A stretch of 64,000 nucleotides of DNA. Source: an uncultured Nitrospiraceae bacterium (GTDB taxonomy: Bacteria; Nitrospirota; Thermodesulfovibrionia; Thermodesulfovibrionales; SM23-35). The number at the start of each line of letters is the position of its first letter. Position 1 is the stretch's first letter. The notes under the pieces are model-generated. The model saw nothing but the letters and a program-made list of their open reading frames with translations, was not told the origin of the DNA and did no database searches. The stretch lies in assembly GCA_963727775.1 (NCBI GenBank), contig CAVSHB010000002.1, forward strand, positions 192,001 to 256,000, read 5' to 3'. The position numbers were made by a program, and so were the translations under genes. Positions 31,493 to 41,476 of the stretch are shown here, piece by piece.

Positions 31493-32291
31493 TTTTGAAT
31501 TTGTTAAATTTCTGAGACATCTTACTTGAAAACTCCCATAATTCTTCTATCGTATTTATTGCCTCTTTTTTTTGTTTGTCACTGAGTTCATCGAACAAAT
31601 CCATCAGCTTATGCCCGATTGGCATAAGCTCTCGTTTAGCAGCCCATCTGAATCTTTTGATGAAACTTTCTATATTGTCGCCTATATTTTTGGATTTCTT
31701 TTGACAAATTTCGTTGTAAATTGCGTTTATGGATGCTCCAGTTTCCAAACGCTTTTTTTGGCCTTCAGAGGCGCTTCTAAAGATGCGATCTGCTCTCGCA
31801 ACCGTATCAGATGAAACGCCAGCAATTTTGGAGAGTTCCTTGTTAGTATCGATAGGGTGAATCGCCTTTTCAGAATTCTGACAAAGCGATTTTCCGGGTG
31901 CGGTCTGTCCGTGCCCCTGGTTTTTCTTGGCCTTCTCCCCATAAAGGTGCTTCAACTGAAGAGCTAACTTTATACGTGTTAATGGATCCAAGTTTCGGCG
32001 AGCTACTTGGTTAGTTAATATCCATATTTTCGCATCAGACTTGTTTCTTACCTCTGGCGCCTCCATTAATTCAAAATGCAGTTTATATTGCATGCAAATC
32101 GCAAATCGATTATGCCCGTCTACCAAGATATTGTCCCCGTCGCTTTCATAATATACGAGAGGCATTTTACAGCCATTTGCTAAAATATCTTTTTCCAGCC
32201 TGTCATATTCGTCTGTAGTCAATTTTGGCAACAAATTCTTCAGCTCTTTGTCGACAGTTATTTCACGCGTTGCGATTGCGGGAATCTTCAT
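31473..32291 (-). CDS. ParB/Srx-like N-terminal domain protein with HTH
   Basis: LLPKLTTDEYDRLEKDILANG...ILVDGHNR...NQVARRNL...LSKIAGVSSDTV. ATG at 32291 follows a GGAGG. Confidence 0.8.
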   Translation of the reverse strand: MKIPAIATREITVDKELKNLLPKLTTDEYDRLEKDILANGCKMPLVYYESDGDNILVDGHNRFAICMQYKLHFELMEAPEVRNKSDAKIWILTNQVARRNLDPLTRIKLALQLKHLYGEKAKKNQGHGQTAPGKSLCQNSEKAIHPIDTNKELSKIAGVSSDTVARADRIFRSASEGQKKRLETGASINAIYNEICQKKSKNIGDNIESFIKRFRWAAKRELMPIGHKLMDLFDELSDKQKKEAINTIEELWEFSSKMSQKFNKFKNEGIHH

Positions 32292-33036
32292 CCAATGCCT
32301 CCTGAATGACCAGTTGAGAGAACAGTGTTTCTTCGCATTTGATAACACTAATGCCATTGCGGATGGTATGTATGGGTATTCCCATTCGCTCAGCCAAATC
32401 ATAATAGATCCTTCTCACAAAACGAGTTAAATTTTCATGTGATAATCCTTTTTCTTTCGCAACGTTCTTGATGCGCACACCTTTTGTGCATATCGCGCGA
32501 AACACGAATAGTTTATTGAAGTCACAAAGGTTTCGAAGATGCAAAAGGTAGGCATTTATTTGGGCAATAAACCACTGAGCAACTTCTTCAGCGTCAGGAT
32601 CGCCTTGATTCAATTCTTTTTCAGTCTGCAGGATATGCGATTCTAAATCGTTTGTATCCGGATACTCTTCGATGCCGTGCTCATGGCCAGAGTTGTCAAT
32701 TCTTGTGACGCCGGCAGGTATCTCTATTTGTACCCAGATTTTTTCTATATTTTCGGTGATTTGAGTCTTATCGGTGTTATTGGTTGTCTTACTCCAACCA
32801 GAGGCAAGTTGCTCCTTCGCAGAAGCGCTTTTCAGAATACCATAGACATAATTACTAAATGCACTACGCTTCCCTCTTTTGCCAGTGATTGTCTGAAAAT
32901 CTGGATTGAATGTTCCTGAATCAAGTGCGCATAGGAACGCACGATGAAGCACTGACTCCCCTTTGTCTCCCCAAACCCTAATGCAATGCCTTCTGAGGTG
33001 GGCATACTCTTCATCGTCTATCAGGTTGCTTAGCAT
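32263..33036 (-). CDS. Sigma-factor-like / HTH protein of the integrated element
   Basis: Region-2-like segment (FSNYVYGIL) and C-terminal HTH-like segment (IKNVAKEKGLSHENLTR). Confidence 0.5.
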   Translation of the reverse strand: MLSNLIDDEEYAHLRRHCIRVWGDKGESVLHRAFLCALDSGTFNPDFQTITGKRGKRSAFSNYVYGILKSASAKEQLASGWSKTTNNTDKTQITENIEKIWVQIEIPAGVTRIDNSGHEHGIEEYPDTNDLESHILQTEKELNQGDPDAEEVAQWFIAQINAYLLHLRNLCDFNKLFVFRAICTKGVRIKNVAKEKGLSHENLTRFVRRIYYDLAERMGIPIHTIRNGISVIKCEETLFSQLVIQEALDEDSRNRNA

Positions 33037-33168
33037 GGTTTAAGCAGAAATACTTTTATACATTAGTGTATGAATCATAGTATTCATATAAGGATTATAA
33101 GATATGATTCACAATAAGTCAACTGTTATTTACTTTTATTTTACAAGTAAAGATACTATAATATATTC

Positions 33169-33777
33169 ATGTATGTGGACATAGATTTTATAAGAAAAGT
33201 GCGGGAACTGCAGAATCTGAGCTTCTCTGACATAGCGCGAATGACAGGCCATACAAAGGCCACAATTGGTCAGATCGAAAAATACAACACTAAAGCGCTC
33301 TCTGAAGAAAATCTAAAAAGGGTTCTTCGCATAATAGGGATAGAGTGCACAAAAAACGAATGCTATTTTGCCCCTCAAGCATATATACAGTTTTTTCTAG
33401 ATGAAGTGATACCTCTACTGTCCATTGATTATGAACCCCTTCTCTGGACACTAAACATTCTAATAAGTAAAATGAATTGTCCCAACATATATATTTATAA
33501 ATATGTGGATACAAACCGTATGTGGATCGACCGAGCCGTATTCGGCAATCCCTGCAAAGCTCTCATTCTGTGCGAGCCCACATTAGAAATAAAAATCCTT
33601 TTTAGACGAAAAATATTGAGCGGATATTTGGCAGATATCAGACTCTTTGAACCAGAATTACAACGTATATATGGAGCAGGTATCAGCTATTCCGAAATAC
33701 AAGGTAACTACAACCTCACTGAAAGAAACATCCCAGTAGAATTGATCAATCAAATTCTGGAGACTCCTCGAAGCTAA
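33169..33777 (+). CDS. XRE-family HTH regulator, divergent repressor-like gene
   Basis: IRKVRELQNLSFSDIARMTGHTKATIGQIE. Confidence 0.75.
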   Translation: MYVDIDFIRKVRELQNLSFSDIARMTGHTKATIGQIEKYNTKALSEENLKRVLRIIGIECTKNECYFAPQAYIQFFLDEVIPLLSIDYEPLLWTLNILISKMNCPNIYIYKYVDTNRMWIDRAVFGNPCKALILCEPTLEIKILFRRKILSGYLADIRLFEPELQRIYGAGISYSEIQGNYNLTERNIPVELINQILETPRS

Positions 33778-33797
33778 TTGGAGTAACCGATCTTGAG

Positions 33798-33934
33798 TGT
33801 TGATCGGCTTCGAAGTTTGACCTGGCATCGGCGCTCATTTTGACCTTCACTGCCTTTAACTATTAGGGCAAATTAACAGTCGGTGATGTCACGCTTAGGT
33901 ACCGATGGTGGCCACAATTGAAAGCCGATTCACA
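33798..33934. mobile_element. IS21-family-like miniature remnant (ends only)
   Basis: TGTTGATCGGC...TTTGACC...ATCGGCG...TTTTGACC at the left and GCCGATTCACA at the right. TG...CA termini with internal repeats are typical of IS21 ends. Confidence 0.55.
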
Positions 33935-34051
33935 AATTATGAGTCTATCGTCCCTCGTTATGCAGCTTTTCAGATAACCAGTAGGTGCAATTGGTACTGC
34001 TCATGAATTTTGTTCAAAACAGAAAAACCTATTCTGTTCACTTTTATTAAA

Positions 34052-34163
34052 GTTCATTATTAATGAACAGTATTATTTGTTGAACAAAAGATAATTCCAA
34101 GGTTGACTTTTGTCCAATTATTTGCTATGTTCATTAATAGTGAACATGTAATAATAGTGAACA
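34052..34163 (+). promoter_or_regulatory. AbiE promoter with GTTCA-N7-TGAAC operator palindromes
   Basis: TTGACT(34103)-17-TATGTT; palindromes at 34052-34068 and 34127-34147, the latter covering the -10. Confidence 0.65.
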
Positions 34164-34178
34164 CTGAAGGTTAGAGTC

Positions 34179-35216
34179 ATGGTAAGAGAAGACATAGATA
34201 ATGAAATCATCCAACAAGCAGTAGAGGCACTGAAGAAGAATGTCCCATGGGAAATTGATATACAGACAAGGGAACAAGAGGCGAATCTTGCCTTCAAGGC
34301 AGACTTTGAAGTCCGCATGGTATTGCAGAACGAGGAGATATTGTTCTATGCCGAGGTAAAGGCAAATGTTACAAACGCAGGCAAAGCCTTGGCCCTGATG
34401 CTAAAACGAGAGACGCCCCATCCGTTTCTTCTGGTTACCAGATACGTCAACCCTCAAATGGCAGAACAGTTAAGACAAGATGGGATAGAGTTCATCGATA
34501 CAGCTGGGAATGCATATATCAATCACCTGCCCACCTATATTTTTATTAAAGGAAACAGACCTATGGAAATCGACCGAACTGTTCGCGTAAGACGAGCTTT
34601 TCAACCGACGGGGCTAAAGATGATTTACGCTTTTTTATGCCATCCCGGGTTGGAGGATAAAGCTTATCGGGAAATTGCAAACATTGCAGATATTGCACTT
34701 GGCGCTGTCGGATGGGTGACGAGAGACCTGAGAGATCTTGGATATATGATTGATATGGGTAAAAAAGGTAAGAAAATAATTAAGAAGGAAGAGCTATTGA
34801 AACGGTGGGTGATTGAATATGCAGAAAAAATGAGACCCAAGCTCTTTCTGGGGCGATTCAGAGGGCATGAAGGTTGGTGGCAACAAAAAACCTTGGACCC
34901 AAATGTTGCACAATGGGGGGGAGAAGTGGCTGCTGCCAGAATGACCCAATACTTGAAGCCAGAAATCGTGACTGTTTATACCATAAAGGAGAATTTGGAA
35001 CGATTCCTTATTGAAAACAGGCTCACGAAAGACCACAATGGAGATGTGGAAATTCTCGAAAGATTTTGGAAGCCAATACAGAATAACCTCTACGAGGATA
35101 AAGTTCATCCGATACTTGTTTATGCTGATCTGTTGGCAACAGGCAATCAGAGGAACATGGAAACTGCAAAGGTAATTTATGAGCGAGATATTATTCGACT
35201 TATCAGGGAAACTTAG
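34179..35216 (+). CDS. Type IV toxin-antitoxin antitoxin, AbiEi family
   Basis: FIDTAGNAYI, YREIANIADIALGAV HTH, WGGEVAA, VHPILVYADLL; upstream of an NTase. Confidence 0.85.
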   Translation: MVREDIDNEIIQQAVEALKKNVPWEIDIQTREQEANLAFKADFEVRMVLQNEEILFYAEVKANVTNAGKALALMLKRETPHPFLLVTRYVNPQMAEQLRQDGIEFIDTAGNAYINHLPTYIFIKGNRPMEIDRTVRVRRAFQPTGLKMIYAFLCHPGLEDKAYREIANIADIALGAVGWVTRDLRDLGYMIDMGKKGKKIIKKEELLKRWVIEYAEKMRPKLFLGRFRGHEGWWQQKTLDPNVAQWGGEVAAARMTQYLKPEIVTVYTIKENLERFLIENRLTKDHNGDVEILERFWKPIQNNLYEDKVHPILVYADLLATGNQRNMETAKVIYERDIIRLIRET

Positions 35217-36042
35217 TCCCCCTATTATCGATGCCGTCTATAATTTGAAGAAAGTAGCTGATTCTTTGAATATCCCATTGATCATTGTTGGGGCAACAGC
35301 GAGGGATATAATATTCGAACATCGTTATAAAATAAAATCTTCCCGCGCGACAAAAGACATAGATTTGGGGATAGAAGTCGCTGATTGGGATCAGTTCCAC
35401 ATGTTCTCAAAAGCTCTTCTTGAAACAGGGAAATTCTCCTCAACGGAAGAGAAGCAGCGATTTCAATTCGGAGCTACCATTATTGATATAATTCCTTTTG
35501 GTTCTATAACTGACGAGCATAAAAAAATAAGCTGGCCTCCAGAACATGAGATCATCATGAGTATGCTCGGATTCAAAGAGGCATATGAGTATTGTCTATC
35601 AGTAAGATTAAACACAGAGCCTGAACTTATTGTGAAACTTTCATCCCTGCCTGGGTTAGCGCTTTTGAAAATTATTTCATGGCAGGACAATTATCCAAAT
35701 CGCAGGAAAGATGCAGAAGATTTGCTGTTTATCATGAAGAAGTATTCACAAGCAGGAAATGAACCGAGGCTTTATGAGGAAGAATTACCACTTCTTCAAG
35801 AAGAAGGCGCCGATCCGATTTTAGCTGGAATTCGATTGCTTGGGAGGGATATGGCAAAGATATCTGATAGAGATACCATGCATACCATTAGTGAAATTCT
35901 GAAAAATGAAACAGGGGAACAGTCCAGATACAGATTAGTCGAAGACATGATAAGCAGTGTCCCATCAAAATATGATTTTGATGAGATCTTGAACGATGTA
36001 GAAAAGTTGAAACAAGGATTTTTTGAAACTGTAACAACGTGA
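35179..36042 (+). CDS. Nucleotidyltransferase toxin, AbiEii family
   Basis: IVGATARD, RATKDIDLG, IDIIPFG, LLKIISW...KDAEDL. Confidence 0.85.
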   Translation: MSEILFDLSGKLSPPIIDAVYNLKKVADSLNIPLIIVGATARDIIFEHRYKIKSSRATKDIDLGIEVADWDQFHMFSKALLETGKFSSTEEKQRFQFGATIIDIIPFGSITDEHKKISWPPEHEIIMSMLGFKEAYEYCLSVRLNTEPELIVKLSSLPGLALLKIISWQDNYPNRRKDAEDLLFIMKKYSQAGNEPRLYEEELPLLQEEGADPILAGIRLLGRDMAKISDRDTMHTISEILKNETGEQSRYRLVEDMISSVPSKYDFDEILNDVEKLKQGFFETVTT

Positions 36043-36287
36043 CAAGAAACTGCTCACGTTGTCCATAAAACAACTCTCTTGTAGATGAGGAAGCTTAGGC
36101 AGAATCTGTCCTTGGCGCATAGTTACCCGGGAGCGTCCACACTTCTCCATCATTTCGTCACTAAAGGCATATTCATCGTCCTCAAGTGAAGTGGCGTTCT
36201 TCAAATGTTTGTCTTCGGGTACTAACATTCATGCCACTCTTCCAATCAAGAATAATTATCCTATCACTGAATCACCCTTGAGCTTAA

Positions 36288-37908
36288 CCCGAAAAGTGCA
36301 ATTGGAAAAGACATGCCTATAGATCCAAGCCTATCAAGGCATTCTCGGAATTAGCGTTAGCAAAGCTAATCTTTACACTGTTTTTTGACATACCTCCTTT
36401 TGAAGTTTATTGTCATCATCCAACTGCAGTGCAATTATCAAGACCTGGCGGAAAGTATTGTCTTATGCGGTTAAAGAGGTATAACAGTTTTGATCGTACT
36501 TTCTGTGTAAAGACGGAGATCCGCAATACCAGCCTTCTGCCATCTCCTCCCAATTGGGCGGGGAGGACAAAATACTTATACCGCAAGGTCTTCAGGCGTT
36601 CTATCTTTTCTTTCTGCCCCAGTATCTGATGTCGAAACAGGACAAACAGATTGTAGATGAATACCCGAATAAGCATTGCCGCCTCTGTTGAATAGAAATA
36701 CTTCATCGAGAACCCTCCAAGCGCAAAATCCTCTTTCAGTTCCTTGATGGTATTCTCATCGTTCGCCCTCGGCCTGCACTGCTTCCATACCTCATATGCG
36801 GGATCATGTGAATTGGTTATCCATACGCTGTAACGATAATTCCCTGTATCAAACTCATCTCTAAAAAGAGATAACTCCTTCCCCATCGCATGCGGCCTCT
36901 TCTTTATATCCTGCCGGACTGCAATGAATCTCCTGTCGGTTATCCAATCGACATGCTGGAAAAAGAACTCCGTGATCCATATCCCCTCTTCTATCCGCTT
37001 CCAGTTTTGTTGTGCATAAACCATCCTCTGCAAAGGACGGTATAGGCGAGCGGCTATGATATAGATTAATTTTCTCTTCTCAAGCAGTTCGATGAACTCC
37101 CTAAGATAAAATCCACTGTCTGCAATAATGCCCTTGATATCGATATGACCGTTGATCCTCTGCCATGTGGATTCAAAAAATCCAATAATGTTGTTCCATG
37201 ACATCACGTTGCCGGGGCGGTTCCAAAGATTTATCACATACTTGTTTCTGTTAAGAAATGCCAGAAGCGGGCTGTGGCTACCACGGCCCTTCTTCTTCGG
37301 GTTATATCCCCTCTTGACTCCCTCCTGTTTTCCGTATCGCTCAAGGACTGTAGAATCGAACGTCAACCAGTCCTCTTTGAGCTCTTTCCAGGGGATCAAT
37401 CTCTTCAAGTATCCCCATAATCCCTCCGACATCTCTTCCACTTCCTTCAGTTTTCTGATCTTCCTGAAAAGCCTGCCCAATGTCGTCGAGGCGATAGGAA
37501 GCCTCTTCACTGCAAAAAGATCGGTGAAAATCTCCTGCCAACCAAGATAAAGTAGATGAGAAAACCTGCTGCCTCCCGCATAGATCAGAAGGATGTATGC
37601 CAATACCTTGCTGTATATCCCCATTCCATTGGGTGAACTCTCATGGATCGGAATCACCTCTTGCAAAATTCCTCTCAATTTGATCTTTTCAAAAAATGCA
37701 GCCAATAAACTGAATCCCCCATATGCCGTCATCTTCTTCTCCGTAAATCCAATCCTTACTTTATTTATTTCGATCTTTGTGCTACATTTTGACTGCATAT
37801 TTCTATTCTCCTTTCGTTTAGAGTTGATGGTCGCTTAAACCTATTGATTCTAATACGAAAGGAGAATTTCTTCGGGGATATTATTTTAGGTCAACTGCAC
37901 TTTTTGGG
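36288..37908 (-). mobile_element. IS1380-family insertion sequence
   Basis: IRs CCCGAAAAGTGCAATTG / CAACTGCACTTTTTGGG, flanked by TTAA at 36284-36287 and 37909-37912. Confidence 0.85.
36416..37798 (-). CDS. IS1380-family transposase
   Basis: TAYGG, TFDSTVLERYGKQEG...GYNP, RPGN, ADSGFY, RANDENTIKELK. Confidence 0.92.
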   Translation of the reverse strand: MQSKCSTKIEINKVRIGFTEKKMTAYGGFSLLAAFFEKIKLRGILQEVIPIHESSPNGMGIYSKVLAYILLIYAGGSRFSHLLYLGWQEIFTDLFAVKRLPIASTTLGRLFRKIRKLKEVEEMSEGLWGYLKRLIPWKELKEDWLTFDSTVLERYGKQEGVKRGYNPKKKGRGSHSPLLAFLNRNKYVINLWNRPGNVMSWNNIIGFFESTWQRINGHIDIKGIIADSGFYLREFIELLEKRKLIYIIAARLYRPLQRMVYAQQNWKRIEEGIWITEFFFQHVDWITDRRFIAVRQDIKKRPHAMGKELSLFRDEFDTGNYRYSVWITNSHDPAYEVWKQCRPRANDENTIKELKEDFALGGFSMKYFYSTEAAMLIRVFIYNLFVLFRHQILGQKEKIERLKTLRYKYFVLPAQLGGDGRRLVLRISVFTQKVRSKLLYLFNRIRQYFPPGLDNCTAVG

Positions 37909-38046
37909 TTAATGTGGGTTAGACGAATTGTTATCACACAATTGACCTCCCAATAATGACTGCTCAGCACTCATGACATGGGGAAGTAGAGGCTCAGCCG
38001 AAAGAAAATACTCAAAAAGATATAGCAGAACTGATAAAATAAGGCT

Positions 38047-38358
38047 ATGAAACAGGCAGTGAAAAATGTCGAAGAAGTCAAGGCAATACTTTCAGCTCAC
38101 AAAGACGAAGTTACCCGAAAGTATCGCGTGACCGAGATAGGTATTTTCGGTTCTTTTGCTCGCGGCGAACAGAGACACAGAAGCGATATCGATATCCTTG
38201 TAGAATTTGAGCAGAGGAATATCCCAGGACTCCTAAAGTTGATTGAGTTGGAGAGATATCTCGAGAAGATCCTTAGAAAAAGGGTGGACCTCGTGAGAAA
38301 GGGCGGCATACGGCCTGAACTCAGGAAAAGCATTCTTAGAGAGGTTGTTTACATATGA
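38047..38358 (+). CDS. Minimal nucleotidyltransferase (MNT) antitoxin
   Basis: GIFGSFARGEQ...SDIDILVEF...VDLV. Confidence 0.9.
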   Translation: MKQAVKNVEEVKAILSAHKDEVTRKYRVTEIGIFGSFARGEQRHRSDIDILVEFEQRNIPGLLKLIELERYLEKILRKRVDLVRKGGIRPELRKSILREVVYI

Positions 38359-38723
38359 TGAGAGAGTGGAAGCTCTTTATACAGGATATATATCAGGCGA
38401 TACAGCACATAAAAGAGTTTGTCGGCACAATGAAGCGCAGGGAGTTTCTTGCCGATGAGAAGACCAGAAGCGCCGTCGCCTTCAAGATTGAGAATATCGG
38501 GGAAGCATCAAAGAATGTACCCAAGGAGATAAGGGCAAAATACAAGGAACTTCCGTGGACCAACATGGCGAGGATGAGAGATAAGATTACGCATTTTTAT
38601 TTCGGCATCGATTACAAAGTCGTCTGGTCTGTAGTCAAGAAAGAGTTGCCCGCTATAGAACCTGCTCTTACGAAAGTCCTGAGCGACCTGAAAGTTTCTG
38701 CGCCCAAGAAGAAGAAATCATAA
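38355..38723 (+). CDS. HEPN/DUF86 ribonuclease toxin (HepT-like)
   Basis: IGEASKN...PW...MRDKITHFYFGID (Rx4H motif); overlaps the MNT stop. Confidence 0.9.
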   Translation: MMREWKLFIQDIYQAIQHIKEFVGTMKRREFLADEKTRSAVAFKIENIGEASKNVPKEIRAKYKELPWTNMARMRDKITHFYFGIDYKVVWSVVKKELPAIEPALTKVLSDLKVSAPKKKKS

Positions 38724-39558
38724 ATGGATCTTTATACCCTCAGCCTGGAAAGAGAGGTTAAGTAATAACAGCTGCTATTATCATCGCAGGTGTGTTCTTC
38801 ATCCTCAGCTTAGTCGTTTTAGCCCTGGACAAGAAGGCCGGGAAGAAGCGCAACTGCGGACACTAGTTTGTAATTCCTGTCTGTTTCCCACAGAGCCAAA
38901 TATCGCCGTTTTAATTTCCTATTTCCATCATTGTGTTATTGCCCTAACCGGTTCTTTCTTTTTCCAATGTTGCGGAGAGCAGACAATACCTGGAGGCACA
39001 CTTGATAGCACAGGTGGATTGAGGGATCTTCAGTAGCGGACACGAAATCCGGTGATAGAGTTCAACGTCTATTTCTTGGTTCCCAAGAAGAATGTCTCGT
39101 TCCTACTATTATTCGTCCATTAAACAACTCTTTTATGAACAGAAGGGACGCTCACACTAAAACCCTTCTCTGTCTGTCTTTCCTGTCCTCAAAAGTGATA
39201 GGGTTTTGTGAACAGTGCTGGGCTTTTGCTTTGTCTGGTTCGCAATCTGACGAACTGATAGTCTAGAATTCTGCTCATGGACCTCGATGATCTTACGCCG
39301 ATATATCGGAGAGAGTCCCCCCTGCCGATTTGCTTTCCCTATACTGCTTCTCCGATCGTACCAAAGATCGATTCATCAATTCGGTAATGGGCGCTCAAGA
39401 AGAAGGTCGTTGGGCGTCGTAGTGACTGTCTTCTCCCTGCAGTTAGGCGCTTGACGGAAGCACTGCATCCAGCAAATGAATGCGAAATGGCTCAGGGTAG
39501 GTACAACTGCTGTGACGATAAAGATAGCGGCAGCCTATAAACATCGACAACCCAAAAC

Positions 39559-40044
39559 TCACGAAAGGACGCCGTGCTCTATGCGGCCAATGAGATCCTC
39601 GACTTCATCAGCACCCACTTGTGTATCGAGCAGTTCAAGCGGGATTCTCTCGCCGAGTCCATATTGAGGCTGTTTCAACCACGAGCGAGCATTCTCTTCG
39701 TCTCCTGTCAGTTCTATCGCTAAAGCGAGTATTCTTGCGATCCTATAGAGGCGGTCACTGGCCACAAGGGGCAGGCGAGCTGATAGCTTTCTTATTGAGC
39801 TAAGCTTCCTCTGGCTAATACCTAAGACATAGGACAAATCCTCTTTTGACATATCTAAAGCTTTCATGACACGCTCGCATGCGGTAAAGGACATACCTCT
39901 GCGTATAAGCCGATCAATACTTATAAAATCAACTTTTTTCATTCTTGTGCCAAGAATTGCCAATATTCTTAGGTTTAATCGTAATTCCATGTTTACATGT
40001 TTCATTTTCAATCCGGAGTAAAAGTATTTTGCTAAGTATATCAC
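39559..40044 (-). CDS. Xre/MbcA/ParS-type antitoxin (DUF2384), apparently orphan; start uncertain
   Basis: LGISQRKL...SDRLYRIARILALA...ARSWL...PLELLDT.VGADEVEDLIGRIEHGV. Confidence 0.8.
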   Translation of the reverse strand: MIYLAKYFYSGLKMKHVNMELRLNLRILAILGTRMKKVDFISIDRLIRRGMSFTACERVMKALDMSKEDLSYVLGISQRKLSSIRKLSARLPLVASDRLYRIARILALAIELTGDEENARSWLKQPQYGLGERIPLELLDTQVGADEVEDLIGRIEHGVLS

Positions 40045-40344
40045 GCGCGTAAATAGTCACAGAAATAGAAAACAGAATTCAACTTGTCAAATAATATCTG
40101 TGCTATATCAAGGGCCATCTATACCCCTATCCCATTCTTTCACGGAAAGCGTTCAATACCCGCCATACAAAACTCTCCTTGGATCTTCCTCGAAGAGCAA
40201 CAGTCAACCTGATACTAAACACCCAGGACATTTCGGCGAGACCGTTGGTTTCCGATTATAACCTTGCGTCGTGCATGCAGCCTCAGTCATTTCCGGTCCT
40301 TCCTGAAATAAACGATTGATAGTGACTCCCCAACGGCCACGAAT

Positions 40345-40803
40345 TCATTTATTTGGTATGGGTACCGTGGACACTATTACGATTACTTTCACTAGAAAAA
40401 TCATCACAACCAGAGTTAAATAAAAGGGCCAAACTGAAAACGACCCCAAAGCAGCAAAAAAGTTTTTGATCTTATTGCCAGAAGGACGCACACAATAAAG
40501 GTCAGTGGCCACCACCTTGCCACCATGTAATTTCTCGATAAATAAACTGTAAGAATCGCGGAACCTTTTTTCCAGCGATAGGTAAGAGGCATCGAGAAAA
40601 CAAAATAAGGCCGTTGGTATAAGGGCTATAAGGGCAAATTGAGGCTTCCCCTTGTCAGCTACGATAACCAAAATTGCAGAAACTAGAGTAATACACCATG
40701 CCTTGCATGACGTACTGTTGGAAGCCATCCGATTAATTACAGATTGCGTAATGCTGAGATGTGCCTGTACAGACGGAGAATCCTCTTTGAAATTATCGAC
40801 CAT
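40345..40803 (-). CDS. Small multi-TM membrane protein, putative effector of the adjacent TIR
   Basis: HLSITQSVINRMASNS...KAW...LDASYLSLEKRFR...SVWPFY; three hydrophobic segments; starts 4 nt after the TIR stop. Confidence 0.75.
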   Translation of the reverse strand: MVDNFKEDSPSVQAHLSITQSVINRMASNSTSCKAWCITLVSAILVIVADKGKPQFALIALIPTALFCFLDASYLSLEKRFRDSYSLFIEKLHGGKVVATDLYCVRPSGNKIKNFFAALGSFSVWPFYLTLVVMIFLVKVIVIVSTVPIPNK

Positions 40804-40807
40804 AGCT

Positions 40808-41314
40808 TCACTTTCTCTGAGCGGCCGCTTCTATCCAATCTTCAATATTGTCTTTTATATCATTATATGCATCCGTACTCTTTGGGTTATAGCACTTCAC
40901 CACGGTTGATAACTTTTTGCCCTTATTGGGGCCATCCGAAAAGGTGAAATCGTCAAATGGATTTTTGCCTTGGTTACATGTTCCAGTCCCAGTATCTTTT
41001 TTCTTCTTCGGGCAGCTTAAATTATGGATATAAATTCCCAAAAGCCCCCTTTTATCGTTCCAAGCTTTTTCTATTTCATACTTAACCAAAGGCCGACCTG
41101 CTGTTTTTTCACCTACAAGCACAATAACACAAGACCTGTACTGCATGTTGTCATCGATCCATTTTTTTACCCCGCCTTCTTTTTTTTGTAGCTTTTCCCA
41201 TTCATTCGGGGAAACAGGTTCATCCCCTTCTATAACGCCCATATTTCTAATTTGTTGCACTCTAAATACATCGTTGTCGAAATGAAAACTGTAAAATACT
41301 TGTTTCTTTGCCAT
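40808..41314 (-). CDS. TIR domain protein, ThsB/DUF1863-like
   Basis: VFYSFHFDND.FRVQQIRN, WIDDNM...SCVIVLVG..T, KYEI (catalytic Glu), GLLGIYIH, NPF. Confidence 0.88.
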   Translation of the reverse strand: MAKKQVFYSFHFDNDVFRVQQIRNMGVIEGDEPVSPNEWEKLQKKEGGVKKWIDDNMQYRSCVIVLVGEKTAGRPLVKYEIEKAWNDKRGLLGIYIHNLSCPKKKKDTGTGTCNQGKNPFDDFTFSDGPNKGKKLSTVVKCYNPKSTDAYNDIKDNIEDWIEAAAQRK

Positions 41315-41476
41315 TTGGTTACCCCCCTTTTGAGTAACAACCGCAAGCCCTATAAAACATTCTTGTCCGAAGTCAAAAGTTGGCTACGGACTTTTGAAAT
41401 TGAACTTCCCGCCGACCCAGAGCTGTGAAGTTTTTAAGCTTCATAGGAACGCTCCATTGCTTGCTCTTGCATGAAG

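Noticed and set aside
30088..33777. Intact prophage
   Set aside because: No terminase, capsid, tail or lysis genes.
35965..36228. 87-aa minus-strand ORF after AbiEii
   Set aside because: Overlaps AbiEii antisense and has no motif; at most a gene remnant.
38762..38866. Hydrophobic micro-ORF (VITAAIIIAGVFFILSLVVLALDKKAGKKRNCGH) as a type I toxin
   Set aside because: No valid start codon after the GAGG and no evident antisense RNA.
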